Below, piece by piece: positions 57,201 to 64,000 of a stretch of DNA of 64,000 bases. Within the stretch, counting starts at the first letter, position 1, and every line of letters begins with the position of its first letter. Origin of the DNA: Tubiluchus corallicola (Eukaryota > Animalia > Priapulida); the NCBI GenBank assembly GCA_030141605.1, contig JAQGDQ010000241.1, forward strand, positions 186,001-250,000, written 5' to 3'. A program made the position numbers and the translations under genes. The notes below the pieces were generated by a model that ran no database searches, had not been told where the DNA came from, and saw only the letters and a list, made by a program, of their open reading frames with translations.

Positions 57201-60090
57201 TTTGTGTTTCAACCCCAAACAAGGCCCCTTATTACTCGGGGCAAGAGACTAAGGTAGAAAGATGGAGCAAAGGATAGATAGAGGGAGCAGATGGGGCGGT
57301 CTGCCCCAAACATCATTTTTTGATTAAGTGGACTTGAAAATTGATTCTGATAGAGCAGTAGAAAGGCAAAACACCCGAGAAAATTTAGTTTTCCATGAAA
57401 TGCTGCTTACAGCATCTTCTGCATAAAGTCCTTATAACGGTTACATAGTTTCTTTTTGTTGTCAAGATTTCTTTGAGTACAGTTCGTGAGTTAACTGTTA
57501 AGTACATTTTAAAACACACACTTTTCTGTGTTAACATTTAAGGAAGCCTCTGAGTGGGCCTATCTTAGATTTTCAATCATGCAGGGAACATTTATAAAAT
57601 TTGCTTCTTTTCAGACAATTTTTCAGTAATGCCTTATTATTTTATCAATTTATCTTCACATCTTATTGCAACTGCAATGCTGCACTACTAAATTTTGCAA
57701 ATCTAAAATCTGAAATCACAAGGTTGTTGCTAGGTTGTATTTTTCATGGGAAGAACAGCAAACTCACAAGCTGTAGCTGTTTTTCACACTCATTATTTAG
57801 GGAGTTCAGTTTTACGGTTATGATAGAGAAGTCTGGAACTTCTTCAAAAACCTAGATCTGGAAGAGTATGCTCTCACGTTTATAAACCATGGATTCAACA
57901 AACATAACCAGCTGGCAGAAATAACTCCCGATGACATTGCAGCGATTGTAAGTTTATCTAGTCAACTTATTTTCATTAGTTTAAATGTGCCACAGTAATG
58001 AGCATTACCAGGATATTAGTTTGTGCATTGGCTTTAGGGATTGCTTGGTTACTTAGCAGATTCACTGTTGTTAACCAGTTTTCACAGCAGTAGGTAAAAC
58101 AAACATTGAGGAGGGTTTCCCTTCACTGAGGAGGACTTTTACAGCCCAGAACTCATTTTGAATAAATTTCCAGAATTTTATGACATAGAAAAAGAGATTC
58201 ACATTTATGGATTCACTCGCTCACTCTGTCCATCTCAATTTTTCAATTTTAAAAGTATTTATCCATTTGAACTGAAATTTGGTAGTTTAAAGTAACATGC
58301 AAAATTTGTGATACATCATTATTGTTGATACATTACTCACTAGTCAAGTAAGATTTGTTGTGCCTGTATGAAAGATCGTCAAGCATAATGAAGGTCATTA
58401 AGCAAAGGTCATCAGCATAACTCAAGTGATTATAGACATACAGCATAAGTGGCGGAATACATCAGTAATAACTGTTTTGAAGTACGGTATTTGTTAACAT
58501 ATGGTGATTGAAAGGAAGCTCCACCCCAATGAATGCCATTACTCACAAAAAATGGAACACTCAGTAGAATGCATTGCACCCAAACAGCAGTTTTAATACA
58601 GGTTACAGCTAAGCTATATGTTTTTGTACTTCTGGGAAATGGCCCTTGTTTAGATTATCGTGGGTCCTGTCATGGCTGAGTGACCCTCAAAAGTTGTCAT
58701 TCTGTCACCTCACATGTCCTTATGGAGGGTTGTGTGTCTAGACAATCTGGCTTTCTTGATGACAAGGAAAATCTTGTTGGGAAAAAGTTATCCAGAAAAC
58801 ATGTTACTCAAGAATAAGAATTACGCGGTATTATGCAAAGCTGTCATTTATGTGTGTTTAGACCTTCGGGAAAATGTGTCACTCACATTCACAATGAATC
58901 TGATAGTTTAAAGCTGTCCTTAATTCTTTAAAAGAGCTTTACTAGTGTTTACAAAAGGACATAATTGGTTTTCGCATCATTTTTGCACTTAAGTTAAATT
59001 CAAATTTCAATAAATTCAAATTTGAATTGATTAGTCAGTATAAGAATACATAGTCAAATTAATAAATTTATTAACTTTTATTGTTAGTCATTTTAACTGA
59101 CACTTTCAGATTCAGGATGAAGAGTATGCTGATAAAGTCAGTAACCTGGTTAAAAGTGTCGAGGAACGACGAAGTAAAGGTATTATATGTATGATTCATT
59201 CATTACAAAAAGTTTGTTTGCATTTGTCAGTTCACTTGTTTACATTTAGTCATAGAAAAATGTCTAATTTGCATTTATGGAACTTGAATAAGTTATCTTT
59301 TTTCCCAAAACATGCACAGCAGTGAATCGTATTAACAATCATTATGTGAGTTAACTTTAACTGAAGTTTGGAGCAACTTGTTTTGGCTGATGCCACATTG
59401 ATAAACTAGCTAACTAGCTGGCGTTACTTTTTTCTTGCTTTGTAACTCTATCAGAATGGGAACCATTGTCGCAGACAGGAAAAATTATGTGTTTAAGTTA
59501 CATTCCTTTGCTATGGCTACCAAACCCATGCTACTCCAAGAATTAGCAATGTATTTAAAGCAAAAGGCTTCTCAAGATAAAGATGTGCAAAATGTTAAAT
59601 GGCATTATAAAAGACATCTCAGTATGCAGTAGGCAGATACATTGCCACATGACCTTGTACTGTTTTATCACAAGTAATCCATCACTGCAGTATGGCATGC
59701 ATAATTCAGTAGTTACCATATTTTGCAAACCCATCCATGACAATTCAGGTTGAAGCTAATTAAGCACAATATATATGGTGGTTTTTATCGCTGCAGGAAT
59801 ATTTGCACCTCAACAACATTAAACCTTAATTAATTACATCTTGTGTTAAGTTTCACAATTTACACGTGATTTTTTGTCATGATGTAATAAGCCCATACAG
59901 GTGTTGAATTTTGACACCAGTTTTATGGATTTATTCACCATTGATAATAATCTTGAAATTAAGGTTACGCATAATTCAACGTCACTTTACAATATTGTTT
60001 ATTATTAAATTTGCAGATGGAAAGCAATTATCTCCACGACACCTGGAGCATGTTTTTACCCGTTTGGATGATGCATCCAATGCTTTGTAG
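42280..60090 (+). CDS. Ankyrin-repeat (ANKS1/CASKIN-like) + F5/8 type C/galactose-binding-like + SAM domain protein, ~570-590 aa; last exon uncertain
   Basis: Phase-consistent exons: 42280-42384, 43752-43923, 44987-45053, 46021-46096, 47511-47606, 48437-48512, 49088-49274, 50286-50352, 52130-52196, 52906-53022, 53833-53946, 55199-55358, 55872-55939, 57042-57136, 57801-57947, 59110-59179. The terminal exon is one of 59455-59546, 59797-59822 or 60017-60090. ANK motifs: GYTPLLLA, GNSSLHVA, GNTPLHIAC, GYTALDLAA, GTGPLHEA. Discoidin-like: NILDGDPCSFW...WVVFDFG...LSGVRIYG...SRYWRLLI...GVQFYG. SAM-like: VWNFFKNLDLEEYALTFINHGFNKHNQLAEITPDDIAAI. Confidence 0.85.
43180..43301 (+). mobile_element. Penelope-like element GIY-YIG endonuclease remnant
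   Basis: Translation ICYYCFHCISCGSMYVGHTRRHLKR matches the PLE GIY-YIG pattern (V/I)Yx3CxxCx3Y(I/V)GxTxRxL. Confidence 0.6.
44147..44562. mobile_element. hAT-family MITE
   Basis: TIR tagtgctg / cagcacta, with perfect 8-bp TSD cttaggag (44139-44146 and 44563-44570). Confidence 0.85.
47632..48149. mobile_element. hAT-family MITE
   Basis: TIR cagtggcagctc / gagccgccactg. 8-bp flanks cgccttac / caccctac match at 6 of 8 positions. Confidence 0.75.
52179..52294 (+). repeat. Three tandem ~40-bp copies of an exon end plus splice donor
   Basis: cattgtaYttttatcaggtaaataaaRtaca x3. Confidence 0.85.
53385..53660 (+). mobile_element. tRNA-derived SINE (head, body and A-rich tail)
   Basis: tggtgaggtgtgg A-box-like, gagttcgatact B-box, ~200-nt body ending gtataaaaatagcacaataagctataca. 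Confidence 0.55.
54115..54200 (+). mobile_element. tRNA-derived SINE head fragment
   Basis: gtcgccttaagtgg followed by ggattcaaatcc B-box. Confidence 0.4.
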
Positions 60091-60129
60091 ATGATAATGC
60101 TTTGTTTTCCTCCATATTCATAAAGGCTG

Positions 60130-60710
60130 AAATGTTTCATGGAAAAGATGTAAATACCTTGGCAGCTTGTTAGACACCGAAGCGGACATACAACGAAGGA
60201 AAATTCTAGCAGTGTCTGCCTATTCAAGTCTCCCAATGGTTTTTGAAAACAATAGACTCTCTCTTGAAACCAAAATCCAGATCCTTTCAACTTTAGTTGT
60301 AACTCATGTTTTTATATGATTCTGAGCTATGGACAATAAAACACCAGAAGGAAGCAGAAGGGCTTTTCCAAGACATTGAATGGCCTGACGGAAGATTCGA
60401 TGATCTGTATAATATGGTGGAGAAGAACCTTTGAGGTAAACTAATACAAGTAAGAAGATTGCATTGGATTGGGCATACACTAAAACTGCCTCAAGAGTCT
60501 CATATTCCTATAGTATTACGTAAAGCTCTTGAAGTAACAAAAAAGCCGAGGGGGAGTCAACTACTGACGTATATAGATATACTGCAAATACAACTTTAGA
60601 TTTGCGAGATGATGCTTCGTGGGCAGTAGCGGTGAACAGGAGTGCATGGCATCAACATGTGGGATGCGCTAAGATAATAATGGATTAATAATTATTTAAT
60701 GAATGAAGTA
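60130..60710 (+). mobile_element. 5'-truncated, degenerate RTE-like LINE (RT thumb and C-terminal region)
   Basis: WKRCKYLGSLLDTEADIQRRKILA...LSLETKIQI; frameshift; FLYDSELWT; IQVRRLHWIGHTLKLP...KKPRG...TYID; AVNRSAW; short taat/tgaa tail. Confidence 0.85.
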
Positions 60711-61691
60711 TATAATAGCTAAACTGACTTTGTTACTTTGATGATAACTTTGATTTGCAATTTTGGCGATTTACAGTAAGCTTTATAGTACTTTATATGA
60801 ATGGATAGAACCGATAGCTGCATTAGTTGTTTGGTGATGTCAACTTTGTTATGTATCTTTAACAAGTTTATTTATGTTTTTTGTTTACACAACTTTTTAT
60901 CTTGTCAGCAACTGTGTCTTTTGAATTTCAATGTTGGGTAAAAAGATTTGGCCATGCGGAGTAGAGTGTGGTCCTCCTTAAGGCTTCAAATATACCAAAG
61001 ATATGCCAAGTGACAATCAATAACCAAAAATATGTTCAATCCTCATGACAATAATTTAGTTTTACGGATGGGTGATGTGGAACTAGTTTGTTTTGAAGGA
61101 AATTTGTGATTTTATATTTATTTATAAAAAGTAATTACGTGCCATTTAAACAGTTACTGTGATAATGTTATATTTTTAAACCGGTTTTTGTAAGTTTTAT
61201 AGTGATAATAATAATAATATCAAATTACTGTCATGGTTGTACAACCCCTACAGTATACCTAATTATTTTATGTATAAAGTAGTCAAATTTGTAAGTTTTC
61301 TAAAATTACTGTTACCAATGATTGTTTTGTTGGTAATCTTGCATATTGTGGACCATATATACACATGTAGTGGAATTTTTAGTTTTTGTTTACTATATCA
61401 AAACTTGCGTTTCTCCTATTTTAGTAAAGAAGATGCACTTATTACATTTTTAATTAAATAAAATTGAATTTTATTCAAAATGAAAAATTCGACCTAATGG
61501 AAAATTTAATGTTGTTTTTTAACTTAAAATTTGAAAGATTCTATTATTTTTTCGAAGTAAAAGAGCTTAAAACTAAGTTTTACCTATTCAGAAGATTAAA
61601 AATCGAACTCGATCATTTGACTGGACTTACATGTTATGTAGTTCAAAATGATCATTTCTGGCATTTATTTTTCAGAGTAGATAACGTGTTT

Positions 61692-61735
61692 ACTACTACT
61701 GCTGCTGCTACTACTATTACTACTACAACTACTAC
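61692..61735. repeat. (CTA)/(CTG)n microsatellite
   Basis: Direct inspection. Confidence 0.8.
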
Positions 61736-62058
61736 ATTTGGATTTCATATATTGCTACATTTTTATATTTATACATTTTGGGTTAAATAGATATCTTAAA
61801 TTTAGTTCCAACATCATGATTACCTTTTTATGTATAGTTTAAACAATGTAATGGACTCGTTAAACAAGTAATGAACTCCTCTGGTAGACTGGGCAAAGAA
61901 AGTCCGTTTTCTTGCAAAAAAATAAAATTTTACGTGCTTTAGAAAAATAATTTTGTATTTTTATTTTTTATTTTAGGGTGGGTGGATGAAATAATTGAAA
62001 TTTCAAACATTTTAGCGGTGCGTATATTTGCTGCAAAATATTTGTTACAGTATACAGT

Positions 62059-64000
62059 ATGTCCGTACACCGGTTTAGAAGCTTCAGTCTTTCGGTTCTT
62101 TTAATCAGTTTCACTCTTTTAAACCTAGTGCAAAATGTTTTATCTTGGGACACCGAATACATTCAACTGTTAGATTTAGTTGAAGAGCTGAAAGAAAATT
62201 TTTACGATGTTCTTGGGGTAGAACACGTAAGTGTAATAGGACCCACTCAACATTTTTAGCCAAATATTTTATGTCGTTTTATAATAATTAATTTCTGTGA
62301 TTTAGCATGTAAGATAAGTTTTTATTAATTCTTACTAGATTAGCAGAATCCAGCTAAATTCATAGATCCCATGTTAGCTCAACGAGAACAAAATGTTCTA
62401 ATAGTACATTGATACCAATTGTGGTGGTGCAACAATACAAGTTGCAACCATTACTCAGTTACAACATTATTAGTACAAGTGCTATGACTTACGGATTAGG
62501 TAAATCATGAATGAAAGTGAAACTGGACATTTTGCATCTGTATGGGTCATTAGCAACTGATAAAAGGATTTTAAGATTTTTTGGATTGCTAAACAATTAT
62601 ACAATGTTATACTAGTAGTACTAGTACTATTAGTAATGTGACTATTTAAGGCCTCTATCATTTAGCTGAAAGCGTATTTAGAACACATTAAATTGTATTT
62701 TTTCAGACTGCCACAACATCAGAAATACGTAAAGCGTATCGACGTTTGTCACTGAAATGGCATCCGGACAAAAATGATGCCGACAATGCTGAGGAAATGT
62801 TTCTAAAAATAACGTCAGTTCACGAGGTGTTAAAGGATGCAGAGAAAAGATCACAGTAAGCAAAGTACTTAAAAAAGTCTCATAAGTACTGGCAATGTTC
62901 TCTCTCTCTGTCTAATTAGTCAGATTATTTTTCAAACCAAAGTGGTAGTAGTAAAGATTTAATAGCCCCCTTAGATTGGCCTCTTAGTGCATTACATACA
63001 GTGAGAGATGGAGTGCCAGGAAGGCCAAGTGTCACCGAGTCACACAACCCAAATTCTGAAAATAATATAATGTGAGGTCATTATTCATTGCTCATTTATT
63101 TTCACTCCTTTTAACCCTTTTTTGCTTATTTTACACTTCTAATTATAAAGTGTAATATTGACAGTGGTAACTGTTGTTGTGTCAACTAATTACTGTTGTT
63201 TTCTGAGTGAATATATCTCACTTTATCTTTGTTGGGAGTTGTCACTTCAAAATCGACCATGAAGGATATAATCATTTCTTAGTAAAACAGTTGAACACAT
63301 TAAAATGGATTATTAGCAGAATTTTGTTGTTTTGAAGTAGCTTTTAATTGAGTATTATAATTTATGTTAAACTAACTGAGTTTAGTATTGTATATTGTAA
63401 GATATCCTTAATAATAAACTAGATTCTGGTTCTGCTACAGCCAAAACATTAGTGTTCCTTGCTGCTGAATTCGGGATTCCAGCTTACAGTATATCAGACT
63501 GTGGTAAAAAGCAAAGTGCGTAATGCAAAAGAAGTAGATCTATGGACTATGTTCATTACCCGAAAGGATATAATGAATGTAACCGCATGAAACTTCAAAC
63601 TTTTAATAAAAACTGAAATTTTGAATTTCCAACTGTTTTCTTTCTATTTCATAAATTTATTCAATTTAAATTGTTAGTTTGTTTAATTTGTAAAGCAAAA
63701 CTTTAAGTATCATGCTTGTTTCTTACTGATTTCTAGACATTCTTGTGTAGCAATATTTACAAGTGTCATGCCTCTGCATCACTGCTGTGCTTCAGAATTA
63801 ACTGTGCCTAGAAATTTTATGAATACAGACATAGTACATAAGCTGCTTCGAAAAGGCCTGCTTACCTAAATCTTCTATGAATACTGTGTAGACATATTGA
63901 AGCCTATAATCTTCATGTCTGATAGTAAATTGTTATTAAGATTTATATTATTATATTATTTAAATTACAGATATAATGACATACTAGTTAATGGTTTACC
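62059..64000 (+). CDS. DNAJC1: DnaJ homolog subfamily C member 1 (ERdj1/MTJ1), 5' part; truncated by the window edge
   Basis: Exons 62059-62226, 62707-62855, 63971-64000. Signal peptide followed by WDTEYIQLLDLVEELKENFYDVLGV, EIRKAYRRLSLKWHPDKN (HPD) and EVLKDAEKRSQYNDILVNGLP, matching the DNAJC1 N-terminus. Confidence 0.93.

Overview
AT-rich, intron-containing animal (invertebrate-like) genomic DNA, not prokaryotic. Most ORFs in the supplied track are spurious or single exons. By joining exons by hand with GT-AG and phase checks I reconstructed six genes. (1) The 5' part of a Pro/Ser/His-rich putative transcription factor (-, runs off the left edge; possible ZNF362/ZNF384/rotund/lin-29 family) with two candidate first exons. 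(2) A 9-exon papain-family C1A cysteine protease (-, 14634-24071, ~544 aa) with a long Thr/acidic extension before the I29 prodomain, a 33-nt catalytic microexon and 15 Cys in the mature domain. (3) MICOS Mic19/CHCHD3 (+, 26610-32668). (4) SLC35E3 (-, 35256-41906), which has a probable U12-type intron. (5) A 16+ exon ankyrin-repeat + discoidin(F5/8C)-like + SAM protein (+, from 42280) whose architecture I cannot match to a named family. (6) The 5' part of DNAJC1 (+, 62059 to the edge). Introns contain several hAT- and Tc1/pogo-type MITEs, tRNA-derived SINE heads, an RTE LINE remnant, a Penelope GIY-YIG remnant and microsatellites. The best novelty candidates are the ANK-discoidin-SAM protein, the atypical protease, and repeated tandem duplication of splice donors in three genes. 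I ran no database searches; family calls rest on motif recognition.
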